Origin: Octopus sinensis
Taxonomy: Eukaryota
Reading direction: 5' to 3'
NCBI RefSeq assembly: GCF_006345805.1
Contig: NC_042999.1
Location: 166,346,001 to 166,410,000, forward strand
DNA length: 64,000 bases
Positions 14,204-27,070 of the stretch are shown here, piece by piece. The translations under genes and the position numbers were made by a program. Position 1 is the first letter of the stretch. Each line of letters opens with the position of its first letter. The notes below the pieces were generated by a model that was not told the DNA's origin, searched no databases, and saw only the letters and a list, made by a program, of their open reading frames with translations.

Positions 14204-16424
14204 ATTTTAAATATATTTTAATATATTTTGATGGCTTTAAACAAAGACTGGTGTAAAATACTTAGGGACACCAGCTGCATGGAAAACAATGAGTAAATAA
14301 GACAGAATAGTTTACCAAGGTAATAGCTTTGTAATGACATAATTTGAAGAGAAATTGGGAAGTCACTAAAAATGAGGTTTGAATGATGATCATGATACAG
14401 CAGGAAATGAATGAATGAAGAACAATTAACCAATTATAAAAATGGTCATTTATTTAATATGAATCATGATATTAGTTGTAACAATATGCCATCATGACAT
14501 TGTGTGTATACATTGTCTGTAAATGCAGTAAAATATATTTTGTGGACCCATGGTTCATTCTGTGCGAAAGCTAGCTTCATCGTTGTACTGCTAGAGAGTG
14601 AGATAGAGAAAGAGTAAAAGTAGTATAGGCAGCTAGAGATAATAAAAGTTCTATCTTCACACACATAGACAGCAAAAGTTTGCTCCTTGGACAGCAGCTA
14701 AATTGACCAAAAGAGAGTGACTTAATATTTCACAGAGTATTTATGAATTGGGTAATTAAGTAGGTGAACCAAACAGAATAGATTTCTCTAGAATTATCTT
14801 TCTGATCCTTCCATGACCAGAGAAAAATCAAGAGGTCAATTCATCCTCATTAATCTCCAAGTGCAAAAAGGAAAAGACAAAAGCGCAGAAGTTTGCTTGA
14901 CACCTGTGGATGGTCACCTGTGGATGGTCACTAAAGCTTGTAGTAATTGTAGTAGATTTGTTGGAGATTGAACCCTGGCAGAATTGCTACAGTGCCAGAA
15001 AAAACTGCTTTAAGGCATTTGTACCAACACTTTACATTTTGAATTCCAAGTCCTATTCAGCCTTTTGGAGTCTATAAAATAAAATACAAGTCTATAAAAT
15101 AAAATACAAGTCTATAAAATAAAGTACTCAAGTGATACTTGAATTAATGTTTTAATGTAATAAGGTGTATAATTGTGGTGAGGGGAAGGGGTTTCTACAA
15201 ATACAGTCCCCTTGGCACCAGTGCAGTTCTCTCAAAATTGTTGGTATTGTGCCTAAATCTGAAACCATTACTGTATAGATTTAGAAGGACGGCAAAGACA
15301 GTGAGTTGGCAGGAGTAACACACAGCAGCGTTTTGTCTGTCTTTAAGTTCTGAATTCAAATCCTCCCAAGGACAATTTTGCCTTTCATCCTTTCAGGGTC
15401 GATAAAATGAGTACCAGTCATGTACTGGGTTCGATGTAATTGATTAGCCTCTTCCCACCCAAAATTTGAGTAGAAAGGATTATAAGGATAGTTAGGTAGT
15501 GAGCTGACAGTTGCTACAACCTCTCCATTTCTGGAAATTGTTATCAGTAGAAAACCATTTAATAGCATAAATTTTGCTGAACCACCAAGATTTGGGGACA
15601 TCAACACACCAACACCAGTTGTTAAATGGTAATGAGGGGACAAACACAGACACAAAGACACATATACATGTATATATATTTGGGTTTCTTTCAGTTTCTG
15701 TCTGCCAAATCCACTCACAAGGCTATAGTGGAAGACACTTGCCCAAGGTGCTATACAGTGGGACTGAACTTGTATTCATGTGGTTAGGAAGCAAGCTTTT
15801 TTACCACACAGCCATTCCTGTGCCTATGTGTATGTAAATATAATAAATATGATACCTTACTCAAGTGATACTTGAATTAATGTTTTAATGTAATAAGGTG
15901 TATAAGTGTGGTGAGGGGAAGGGGTTTCTACAAATACAGTCCCCTTGGCACCAGTGCAGTTCTGGATTATCAAATATACCAGCGTATTAAAACTTGAGCA
16001 TGAAAATCTCACATATTTTCACCAATCTCTGTATCTTGTGACTTCTTTTTACCAGTCAAATGCAGTTTACAAATGTCATGTCGTCTTTTAAAGAATGTCA
16101 TCATATTTTAGAGTTTCTGAACCACCCAACCAAAACAACCAGCCTCCATGAAACCCATACCTTTGGTTAAAGTCCTTGGCTACTTCAATGACAAATGGCT
16201 CTGGAATTGGCATTTCTTCAGATAATTTTCCACTGCACCATTTAAATAACACTGCATTTAGTTATAAAAGTTTTGATTTGATTTCATGTTAGCCACATTT
16301 ACATGTCTCTGAATCTGATATAAGTTGTAATAAATACTCCACTTGTGTCTGAATGTCAGAAATTATTCTCATAGGGGCCAGCATAACTTTTCTGGTTAAG
16401 AAACTCACATTCCTTTCCTTTACA

Positions 16425-17432
16425 GAGTATATGTGTATGCATGCATGCATGCATGTATGTATGTATGTATGTTTGTATGTATGTTTGTATGTATGTATGA
16501 ATGTTTGTATGTATGTATGTATGTATGTGTGTGTGTATGTATGTATGTATGTATTTATGTATGTATGTATGTATTTATGTATGTATTTATGTATGTATGT
16601 ATGTATGTATGTATTGTATGTATGTGTGTATGTATGTATGTATGTATGTTTATGTATGTATGTATGTATGTTTATGTATGTATGTGTGTATGTATGTATG
16701 TATGTATGTTTATGTATGTATGTATTTATGTATGTATGTATGTATGTATGTATGTATGTATGTATGTATGTATGTATGTATGTATGTATGTATGTATGTA
16801 TGTGTGTGTATGTATGTTTATGTATGTATGTTTATGTATGTATGTATGTATGTATCTATGAATGATTGTATGTATGTATGATTGTATGTATGTATGTATG
16901 TATGTATGTATGTATGTATGTATGTATGTATGTATGTATGTATTTATGTATGTATGTATGTATGTATGTATGTATGTTGTATGTATGTATGTATGTTGTA
17001 TGTATGTATGTATGTATGTATTATGTATGTATGTATGTATGTATGTATTTATGTATGTATGTATGTATGTATGTATGTATGTATGTATGTATGTATGTAT
17101 GTATGTATGTATGTATGTATGTATGTATGTATTTATGTATGTATGTATGTATGTATTTATGTATGTATGTATGTATGTATGTATGTATGTATGTTTGTAT
17201 GTATGTATGTATGTATGTATTTATGTATGTATGTATGTATATATGTATGTATGTATGTATGTTTGTATGTATGGATGTATGTATGTATGTGTGTATGCAT
17301 GTATGTATGTTTGTATGTATGTATGTTTGTATGTATGGATGTATGTATGTATGTATGTATGTATGTATGTGTGTGTGTATGTATGTATGTGTGTATGCAT
17401 GCATGCATGTATGTATGTATGTATGTGTGTGT

Positions 17433-17465
<33 letters not shown>

Positions 17466-17470
17466 ATATA
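16425..17470. repeat. About 1-kb (ATGT)n microsatellite ending in (GT)n
   Basis: Directly visible; explains the MYVC/HTYI ORFs. Confidence 0.98.
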
Positions 17471-17648
17471 AACACACAAATGATTAAAGACAGACACAAA
17501 TCAAATTCAAAACATAATACCAATGCTATACACATTCTGTTTAGGGTAACATGTTCACACTATTATACATCCTTCTCTGTGTGTATGTTTATGAACATGC
17601 ATGTGTATGTGCACATGTGTGTGTGTGTGTGTATAAATACACACATAG

Positions 17649-17679
<31 letters not shown>

Positions 17680-17799
17680 CGTGCATATGCATATAAACAT
17701 ACATACTTGCATATACATAAATATGCATGCACACACGCACATACATATACACACCTAAACACAAAAATTACATTCAGACTTTCCAACTATGTTCCACAG

Positions 17800-17936
17800 G
17801 TACCAAATATTGCTGTAATTGGATCTGGAGGTGGTTTCCGAGCTATGGTTGGATTCAGTGGAGTTCTCAATGCATTGCAGAAAAGTAAAATATTAGACAG
17901 TGTTACATATCTAGGAGGTCTCTCAGGCTCCTCTTG
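17800..17936 (+). CDS. PLA2G4A: cPLA2-alpha-like catalytic exon (VPNIAVIGSGGGFRAMVGFSG...GLSGSS)
   Basis: cacag acceptor, gtaagt donor, 137 bp. Contains GGGFRA (Arg200 equivalent) and the GLSGS nucleophile motif (Ser228 equivalent). Confidence 0.97.
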
Positions 17937-18428
17937 GTAAGTAACTGCTTTTATACATGGCCCCTTTTCTCTATTCTACATCTAAATATACTCTTAAGTC
18001 TTATTCTAAAACTAGTCTTGTTTGTTATAACCTCGAGGGCAAACATGGTCCAGATTACCTTCCAACCATTCTTTCAGTTCACGGCATGCATTCAGATATA
18101 GATATACATATTGGAGGGCACATGGCTTAGTGGTTAGGGTGTTGCATTCACGATCTAGTGATCTTGATTTCAATTCCTAGACCGGCTGATGCATTGTTTT
18201 CTTGAGCAAAACACTTCAATCTCATGTTGATCTACAATCACTTTGACACCCGATGTGTTGTAGACCATGCACCTGGTCAGACAACATCAATTTCATGAAG
18301 AGAAAGTGAGCTAATGTGTGGCATGAACAGTTGATCTCCATAAACAAATCATTTGTGCAGAGCATTCAGCAAAACGAACCCTCGTCTGTTGTCTTCAACA
18401 GGAAGTCCATCATATATATATATGTATA

Positions 18429-19476
18429 CTAGCAGAAATACCCGGTGTTGCGTGGGTTAAAGAGAATAATGAAATTTAAAAACGCTGTCTAGATTACACA
18501 GGTCTCAACTGCTAGTAGCTGAGATACCAACTTTCTACAGTAATAATTCTCTAACCCATGCCAGCATGGAACATAGACGTTAAGTGAAATATTAAAAGAA
18601 AGCTTTCAACTCTTATATGTGTATAAAGTAAATATATGTAATTCAAAAACACGTTTTGTGTAGCTTATTTTGTAACTAAAAAAATAGGTACAGATTATAA
18701 ACAATGAAAGGCCAATTTGGTGACTCATTTGACAGAGGTAGTAGAGAGTCAATCCGTTGATAAATCTGACCTTGACTCTTGAAAGTTTGCATGAATCCTG
18801 GGTCAGTTAAATCTTTTGTGGCTACAAATGATGTCATCTGTAGTGCAGCGTTGTATTGTCTAATTTTGTTTTGGAAGTGCTTGGAATCTTGGTCAGTTGA
18901 TGACAACAGTTTCTTCAATGTCTCTGCAGGTTCGGGGATTGCAGGGATTTTAACCTTTCCACCACTGCAGCACAGTGCAGGTGTCTCTCCAGGTCACTTC
19001 CTTGCTTTACAATGTATGCACTCAGTTGTCATTGCACCAACAGAAACTCTAGTGTCGTCTCCTTAATGTTCTGCTGGATTACAATTGAAAGTTGCTTCTC
19101 TGAGCTGTTGCAACTGCTCTAAGTTCTGCAGTGGAGATCCTTTCCTTATCAGCTGTGCTTACCTCTGTTCATCACTTTGAGATGCTCTGGCTTTTATGGT
19201 GCACAGTCTGTTCGGTTTTTTTTGTAAGCTTCCCTTTCAGCAGCTGCCTCTCTTTCCCTGGACAGAGACATTCTTTTGGCTGACCTTGCCACTTTCCTTC
19301 TAGGCATGGTTATATATGTACACAGTAATACACATGTGCAAAAGATAGTAACCAATGAAAATAACTGGGTAATGCAAATTATATTTCTTAATACGATGGG
19401 CAGGAAGTAAAAAATTAATTTTTACGGAAAATAAGGAATTGTATGGGTTGAAGCGAAATTTATATATATATATATA
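18429..19476 (-). mobile_element. Helitron deletion derivative carrying the N-terminal part of a RepHel gene (pseudogene)
   Basis: Minus-strand 3' end has hairpin acccacgcaacaccgggt followed by CTAG (18429-18432). Minus-strand peptide MPRRK... (ATG about 19308) ...CIHCKARK*PGETPALCCSGGKVKIP...KHFQNKIRQYNAALQMTSF...FKSQGQIYQRIDSLLP is typical of the Helitron Rep N-terminus. The 5' end is approximate, at the TA tract. Confidence 0.85.
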
Positions 19477-19765
19477 TATAAGCGAGAAAGAAGCAACAAG
19501 AATGGATAGGTATTTAGTACGATCGTTTCATACAAGGACAGGTTTTATTAAAAGTTGCAAAGATTACAGCATATAAACGAGTCCCGTACTCATCAGCTAA
19601 AATACATGTAAGTTCTCTAGACATCCTAGTGTTTGAGTATTTTAGCTGATGAGTACGGGACTCGTTTATATGCTGTAATCTTTGCAACTTTTAATAAAAC
19701 CTGTCCTTGTATGAAACGATCGTACTAAATACCTATCCATTCTTGTTGCTTCTTTCTCGCTTATA
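19477..19765. mobile_element. Perfect palindrome (129-bp arms, 31-bp spacer) of a Penelope-like terminal repeat with a hammerhead in each arm
   Basis: 19477-19605 is the exact reverse complement of 19637-19765 (checked base by base). Confidence 0.85.
19637..19732 (+). ncRNA. Type I hammerhead ribozyme motif (mirror copy on - strand at 19510-19605)
   Basis: Stem I GUAUUUUAG/CUAAAUAC; core CUGAUGA 19646-52; stem II GUACGGGAC/GUCCUUGUAU with a long loop; GAAA 19713-16; palindromic stem III CGAUCG; GUA triplet, predicted cut after 19724. Confidence 0.75.
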
Positions 19766-19904
19766 ATCACCCCACATTACTGTATTGTTAAATCAGTATA
19801 GTTTTTTTTGGTGCATCTAAGTTAGGTACCATATTCAAGTAAATTTTTTTAAATTAACTTGAATCTTTATGCTCTTTGTATATATATATATATATATATA
19901 CACG

Positions 19905-19960
<56 letters not shown>

Positions 19961-21361
19961 CATATATATACAAGTATATAAATACATGTATATATATATG
20001 TATATATATATATATATATATATACAAATTTGGTATGTTGATGTATGTTTTCATGCTGAATCCAAGTTTGGGATTGATTTATTCCAGAAAAATTTTAGAA
20101 AAATGTTATAGAGTTTAAAGTTTGGCCATTTTAACCAAATCAAAAAAAGGTTGTGTTTATCATAAAATGAAAGTGAGCATTAAAAGATGAAGTATTAAAC
20201 CAAATGAAAACAATGCATAATTCTTTTTCCATCACGCCCTTGCAAATGATAGGCTTTACGAGAAAAATTGTTCAAAATTGGTTAAAAAACACCACCCCCA
20301 CCCACTACCCGCTTCCAGACTGGTTTTGTCCAATTTCTTTTTGCACTAAGCACTTAAAAACAATGGAAGATGCTGTTTTTGTAAAAAAAAAAAAATTGAA
20401 AATTTATTAATTCTTCCCCTTTCCTCTCTCAGTACTGATGTTGATCAATATTTTCTAAACTATGCACTTGAAAATGATGCCTGAAGTATTGAAGGTTAAA
20501 AAACAAAAAAGTTTTGGAAATCAGAGATTCACCATTACAATCCCCACTTCCATTATTTTCAAACAGAAAATGAAACATAATTTAAAAACAGTAGTAAAAT
20601 CTTTTAAAATTTTTTGTTGGCCTCACCCCTTCGTAAATCCTAAAAGTTTGGGTTTTTTCAAAATTTCTTTTTTAATCATAGTTTTAAAATAGAGACAGTC
20701 CAAAAGTTGTTTATCATAAAATGATTGTTTTAAACAAATTGAAAGCAATGCATGAGAGATAATAATACATATAGAAAGAGAGAGAATGATAGAGAGTGTT
20801 ATAACCTTTAGGGTAAACATGGTGGCAGACAAAGAAACTGGAATTTTGCAGTATTATGTTATTCACTTAGTTTTACATGTTTATACATTCATTGCCTTCA
20901 AAGTATTCTCCATATGTGTTTTCCACTGTTTGAAACAGTGCTGGAACTCTTGTGAAGTGATGCCATTTAACACCTCTATCGTTTTTTTCTTCATCTCTTC
21001 AACATCTGCAAATTCCATAGCACCAACTTTCACTGCCGGTGATGACCTTCAAAAAAAGAGATAAATTGATGACATAGAAAGTGAGAGAGTTGAGTTATTT
21101 CTCATAGCAAATTATATATTTTTTAATTATTAATGGACAACTTTATCTTTGAGATGCAAATTTAAAAAACCAAATTTGTTTAACCTGTCTTTATATAGAG
21201 AAGAGATTATACAAGTTATTTGGCATAAATGCCAGCTGTTTCCTCTTGAAGTACATCTGCTTATGGCAATATTCTAACCAATATGTATCCATTGTTGGTA
21301 CTATATGTGAGTCAAAATACATATCAAAATTGAGAATTATGGAATACACACACATATGCAT

Positions 21362-21397
<36 letters not shown>

Positions 21398-22096
21398 GAC
21401 AGGTTTCTTTAAGTTTCTGTCCACCAAATCCAATCACTAGGCTTTGGTTGGCCCAGGGCTATAGTAGAAGACACTTGCTCAAAGTGCTACACATTGCAAT
21501 TGAACTGGGAACCTTACAGTTGGGGAAACAAACTCCTTGCTACAGAGCCATGCCTGTACCTGTCACGTAAATATTGAAAAAAATATTTTCCACTCAAAAG
21601 ATGAGATTATCAGTAAAAAAAGTTTATAATATTAGTTCTGGTACTTTTAAGGTGTGCTAGCTGGCTGAATCGTTAGCATTTTGTTTGTCTTTATGTTTGT
21701 ATGTAGTATATAAATATTATATAAATATCATAGAAATAGTTAGAGTTCTTAATGGTATATAAATTATATTGTATTTGAGTATAAAGTGATTAATATAAAT
21801 TTATTTTGTAACTATGATTTGTAAATTATATTTGTGATTTGTAATAATTTATATTTAAATTAATCTTTGTTATTAGAATATAATATTTTAGGATATTGAG
21901 TTATACAAGTTGTGCAACTTTTGCCTTTCATTCTTTCAGGGTTGATAAAATAAGTACCAGTTGAGCACTAGAGTTGAAGTAATTGACTAGCCCTTCCCCT
22001 GAAGTTGTTGGCTTTGAGCCAAATTTTAAATCACTATTAGTTCTGATTTTATCCATTCTATCTACTTTTCTTTTATTTAAATGGTACCCAAGATTT

Positions 22097-22975
22097 TACA
22101 AGGGTGGGCTGAAAACTTCATAGGCTGACTGATGCAAAACTGTGAAACCTTGCATGCATTAATTTCCATTAATTGCATTGTTTCTGTCTAGGAAAACTGA
22201 CCTCTGACTGTTCAAAGGAGACTTCAAAAGCAACTAGTTGCGACTTCTCTTGAAAATTGACAAACTTTGGCATTGTAGTGTTATCAAAAACCTGCAGAAA
22301 AAGGCTTTAGCCCCCAACAACACTCATACTGATATAGTTGCTACATTAGGAGATGACACTCCAGCTTTATAAACAGTGCAAAAGTAGGTAACTGAACTTA
22401 GGAGGGGATCAGAGAGTGTTGAAGATGATCCGATGTCTGGACATCCTGCAACTGCCACTATTGATGAAAACATTGATCATGTTCACCACATGGTGACGTA
22501 TTGACTATAAATCAAATAGCCCATACTCTGTGAGAGAATTGAAAATATTCGGCACAATGAAGTTGGCATGATGAAAGTTCCTGTTCACATCTGACACCTG
22601 ATCAAAAATGCTCCAGCCTGGTCACATCATTGGAAAATCTGACATTATTTGAGTCAGATTCAGCTGGTTTTCTTGAACATTTCTTAATCCAAGATGAGAG
22701 TTGGTTTCATCACTTTGAGTCATAGACAAAGAGACAACTCCATGCAGTGGAAACCCTACACCTCACCTGCTCCAAAGAAGGCCAAAGTTGTTATGTCTGC
22801 AGGGAATGTGATGGCCTCAATTGTTTTGGGATTTAAAATTGTGTTTATTGACTATCTTCAATGGAGATTATTATGCCAACTTGTTGAGGCAATTAAGTAT
22901 CAAAATCCTATCAAGACCAAATACCCAGGAAAACTGATGAAAGGGGTCTTGTTTCATCAGGACAATGATACATAA
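22097..22975 (+). mobile_element. Decayed mariner transposon, 3'-truncated
   Basis: Starts tacaagggtgggctgaaaac. Transposase remnants SMQWK...SPAPKKAKVVMSAGNVMAS and GVLFHQDN, with frameshifts. Confidence 0.8.
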
Positions 22976-23319
22976 ATGGTGGTTTTAATCGAATGCCGTT
23001 TCAATTGCATTCACTGATTTTTTTTTACAGCCCAGCAAGTTTTCTGCAATATCAGTGAATGCATTTTTCACTATTTCCTACACTTTGAAGCACAAATTTT
23101 GTCTTAGCATGTGACAAATATATACATGCCATTGACAAGCTGCAATGATGTTCTCATCACTCACTTATATCTATTGTGTTTTCACAACATGTCTACGAAG
23201 AGATTTTTCTCTCAGACAAAAAAAATATCAGCATAAGGCCTTTCAGTAGTGCATATATATTTAGTGTGATATACATATGGCAAGTGATATATATATATTT
23301 TTCAATTTATATTACACAG

Positions 23320-23542
23320 GTATATTTCATCATTATATTCCCATAAGAAATGGCCAGAATCTCCGATAGAAAATCTCCATGAAGAACTGAGAAAAAACAT
23401 AGAACCTAGCCTTTTGTGGTTACTTAAGCCAAATAGTATGTACCGATATATCGATCGAATAATGTTGAAGAAACGGACTGGTCAACCTGTTAGTTTTACA
23501 GACTTTTTTGGTCTTTTGGTTGGAGAAACATTACTGAAAGGG
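23320..23542 (+). CDS. PLA2G4A: cPLA2-alpha-like exon (W-YISSLYSH...GQPVSFTDFFGLLVGETLLKG)
   Basis: cacag acceptor, gtaact donor, 223 bp, phase 2 to 0. Matches the family motif GQPVTFTDIFG. Confidence 0.96.
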
Positions 23543-25026
23543 GTAACTATTTTTTTTTACCTTAATATAACATCTGTTTCTAAAATGCAATGTCCAGAAA
23601 ATTTCAGACAATTTTCAGTAAAAATTAGGAATTATTCAGCATTAATTATTTTCATTATGCCCATTTAAACTTAAAATTAATTGCAAAAGTACATTGATCA
23701 TAAAGAGGAACAATTTATCCCCAAACTAAGTTATAACAAACTAGAATTCTAGATTCATTGTTCTTTTTTGCATTCTTATTGTAAAACAAAGTATTGTTAT
23801 CCCATAAAAAGAAGCAAAGTATGATGCAGTGGCAAGTAGCATACTTTTGCTAACTGTTTAAGATACCTATGTAGTCACAGACAAACATAGACATGGTCTT
23901 AACCCTTTCCATCCTTGTCTCGGTTGAGCATTAAATATGTGAAGGGAAAGATGCGGCACCAGCATTCAGATAGAACTCAGTTTGAGCTGAATGGACTAAA
24001 ACAGCATCAAATGAAGTACTTTGCTCATGAACATAGTGTGCCACCCAATCCAGTAATTGAACCCATGATCTTATTATCATGAGTCCAACACACTAAACAC
24101 TGAGCAACATACCTTTGTATATTAAAAACACTATAAATTTTTACAGTCAAATATGATGAATATTAATAACATATTTAATGATTTTGTTTTTATCCTACTT
24201 ATTGTTTATTAAGTTTTACCAAAATTGAGTGAAACTTTCTGGACATGTTTATATACCTTTTTTTTTTTCAATTAATACATGATCTGTGGTACATTATAGG
24301 TTTGTAGCAAATTGAATTTTGGGGGACATAGGATTAAATAGTGTTTAGAATATAGTTTTAGGCTTCAGAGATGATAAGGTTAAAGGAAGGAAGTAAAGTT
24401 GGGTGAATGAAGTCGTACATAACTGCTAGAAGAGGCAGAACGAAAACAGTATTTCAGTGTGCCTATTGCTGCAATGTGTAGAAGTTTTTGATCAATCTTA
24501 TATCCTTTTTTCACAACATTTAGTATATTTATATGTAATGTCTGAAATAATTTCAAATATCAGAGTATTACTTCTGTTTAGCTGATGCTCTAACATGAAG
24601 AAAATTGAAAATTTGTTCAGATCTAAATTATTTAATGATAGCAAGAAAGTCTAGCCTTATACAGTTAAATTTAGCCTACAGAATTAACAGAGAAGGTATT
24701 CATTTTCTGTTTCTGCTGTACTGAGCTGGTGAAAGAAAGACCTGACCCTTAGATAAAATGTCACTCTATTACAAATAACTTTCCCAGATGTGCTTGTATT
24801 TCCCCTGACAGCCAGATGAATATATTGCTCACAGCCACATTGAGCTAAGGACCTGACATAATACAAAAGCTTCCATAACAAATGTTTATTCAATTTTTCA
24901 AATTTTCTCAAATCCTTGCAATTTTGATCACTGAAAACTGATTGTAATACAATGAAAATTTTATCATATTTTGAAGCTAAATAATAGTAAAGCCCCATTA
25001 ATGAATCACATGTTCTATTTCTTCAG

Positions 25027-25141
25027 AGACAAAAGAGTAAATTAAGTGACCAACAAATGAAAGTAAGAGGTGGAAATATACCTTTGCCTATTTATACCTG
25101 TGTTCATGTCAAGAATGATGTGTCAGCTAAATCATTCCAAG
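25027..25141 (+). CDS. PLA2G4A: cPLA2-alpha-like exon (RQKSKLSDQQ...PLPIYTCVHVKNDVSAKSFQ)
   Basis: ttcag acceptor, gtaagc donor, 115 bp. Matches the family motif PLPLFTCLHVK. Confidence 0.96.
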
Positions 25142-25655
25142 GTAAGCAGTCTTTATTTTTAACTCAGCATGAGTAATTACTTATTGAAGTCTAACATTAA
25201 TTAAAATTTGGGGCACTATTTACCAAAAGAGATTCATTATTATGAACACATACAAAGTTGGTAGAATGTGGATTGGGAAGAGCTCCATCCTCAAACAGTG
25301 CAATAGTAAGGTCTAAAATTCCCATCCAAGAAACAAGAGACAGATGTCGAGCATGGGTAGCAATATTGCAAGGAAGATCTCAGACCAGACATCGTTGAAG
25401 GTTTTGGAGATGTCTAAATTCAGCAACATTGCTATCATTGAACTTCTCAAGGGCAGGGACCTTTGGTAAGTGACACAGAAGAGAAGTCTGAAGTATAGCT
25501 GGCTCTATGGAAACCATATTGATGATTACTGGGAAAGGAGAGAGACATTAGGTGATAAAATGTTGAAAAAGTAGCTATAAGCTGGCAAGGTCAGAGAAAT
25601 TACTCTTTTAGAAGAGGGAATATACTGTGGTATCTTTTCAAACATTGAGATAGAT

Positions 25656-26239
25656 ACATTATTTACATTGTTTACTATTGAGAGATATTTGTCCTCATCT
25701 TGTTTGTTGTTAACACGTTTTGGCTGATATACCCTCCTCCAGCCTTCTTCAGGTGTCTTTTTGGGGGAAATTTTGAACCTGGGTTCTCATTCCTAAGGTA
25801 TTTTTCGATGTTGTTGTTGTTGTTGTTGTTATTCAGGTCACTGCCTGGAATCGAACTCGGAATCTGGGAGTTAGTAGCCTGTACTCTTAACCATTACGCC
25901 ATATGCCCATGGACATATGGTGTAGTGCCCACAGGCATATGGCATAGTGGTTAAGAGCACGGACTACTAACCCCAAGATTCCGAGTTCGATTCTAGGCAG
26001 TGACTTGAATAATAGAGAATAATAACAACAACAACAACAACAAAAACAAAAACATCAAAAAATACCTTAGGAATGAGAACCCAGGTTCGAAATTTCCCCA
26101 AAAGGACATCTGATGAAGGCTGGAAGGTATATCAGCCGAAATGTTGTGTTAACAACAAACAAGATGAGGACAAATATCTGTCAATTGTAAATAATGTAAA
26201 TAATGTACATTATTTATCATCTCTTAAATATTGAACTGT
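25656..26239. mobile_element. Inverted (head-to-head) dimer of a tRNA-headed, hammerhead-tailed SINE-like element, 12-bp TSD
   Basis: Arms about 25656-25907 (-) and 25934-26207 (+). A box TGGCATAGTGG 25940-50, B box GAGTTCGATTC 25983-93, (CAA)n linker, hammerhead core at 26110-26145. attgagatagat occurs at 25644-25655 and 26240-26251. Confidence 0.8.
26105..26150 (+). ncRNA. Minimal hammerhead ribozyme motif (degenerate mirror copy on - strand at 25712-25757)
   Basis: GACAU-CUGAUGA-A-GGCUG[loop]CAGCC-GAAA-UG-UU-GUGUU. The left arm keeps GACAC and the ACGU palindrome but has GAAA changed to AAAA and a short deletion. Confidence 0.65.
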
Positions 26240-26683
26240 ATTGAGATAGATTCATGAAAAGAAAGAGAGAGAGAGAAACTGAAGAGTTTGATGAGGAGAG
26301 AGACTTGCTCTAGAGTGCATTGTTAGAGGATGATAGAAGGAAAGGCTATGAGGATTAGCTCCCTTATTTTTCAGAAGGATCTGTTCATTTAGGACTTTAG
26401 GGCATGGATAAGAATAGTTGTGGAGGAGTTTTCTTAAAAGTATAAAGTGTAGTATCTAAAGGGAAGCAGACAGCAAACAGGGAGTCTTTTTCAGCAGAAG
26501 TTGGGGAGTGGTAAATTGGAGGATTCCACAATAGTATTAGAGGTTCTCTTGGCAAAAAAATCAAAAGCACTGCTGCAATTTGGTTCATAGTAAGGCTTGA
26601 GGGTCTGCTATGCATGAAGGTATCCTTTGCTTTGGCAACCGTAGTCTTGCAGATATTGCTGTGATGAGTAGAAGTCTTCTAGT

Positions 26684-27070
26684 GGAGGCGCAATGGCCCA
26701 GTGGTTAGGGCAGCGGACTCGCGGTCATAGGATCGCGGTTTCGATTCCCAGACCGGGCGTTGTGAGTGTTTATTGAGCGAAAACACCTAAAAGCTCCACG
26801 AGGCTCCGGCAGGGGATGGTGGTGATCCCTGCTGTACTCTTTCACCACAACTTTCTCTCACTCTTACTTCCTGTTTCTGTTGTACCTGTATTTCAAAGGG
26901 CCGGCCTTGTCACTCTCTGTGTCACGCTGAATATCCCCGAGAACTACGTTAAGGGTGCACGTGTCTGTGGAGTGCTCAGCCACTTACACGTTAATTTCAC
27001 GAGCAGGCTGTTCCGTTGATTCGGATCAACCAGAACCCTCATCGTCGTAACCGACGGAGTGCTTCCATCC
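26684..27070 (+). mobile_element. Young tRNA-derived SINE family B, full length, 12-bp TSD
   Basis: Nearly identical to 11631-12016. TSD agaagtcttcta at 26670-26681 and 27071-27082. Confidence 0.92.

Noticed and set aside
16353-17786. Many Cys/Val/Met/Tyr- or His/Thr-rich ORFs (also at 1-367, 3400-3726, 6140-6753, 19854-20118)
   Set aside because: They are translations of (ATGT)n, (GT)n and (TA)n microsatellites.
25934-26007. Functional tRNA gene (also the tRNA-like heads at 11631, 26684, 34408, 45216 and 63183)
   Set aside because: The cloverleaf pairing is incomplete and each head continues into a repeated body with TSDs or tails, so these are SINE heads.
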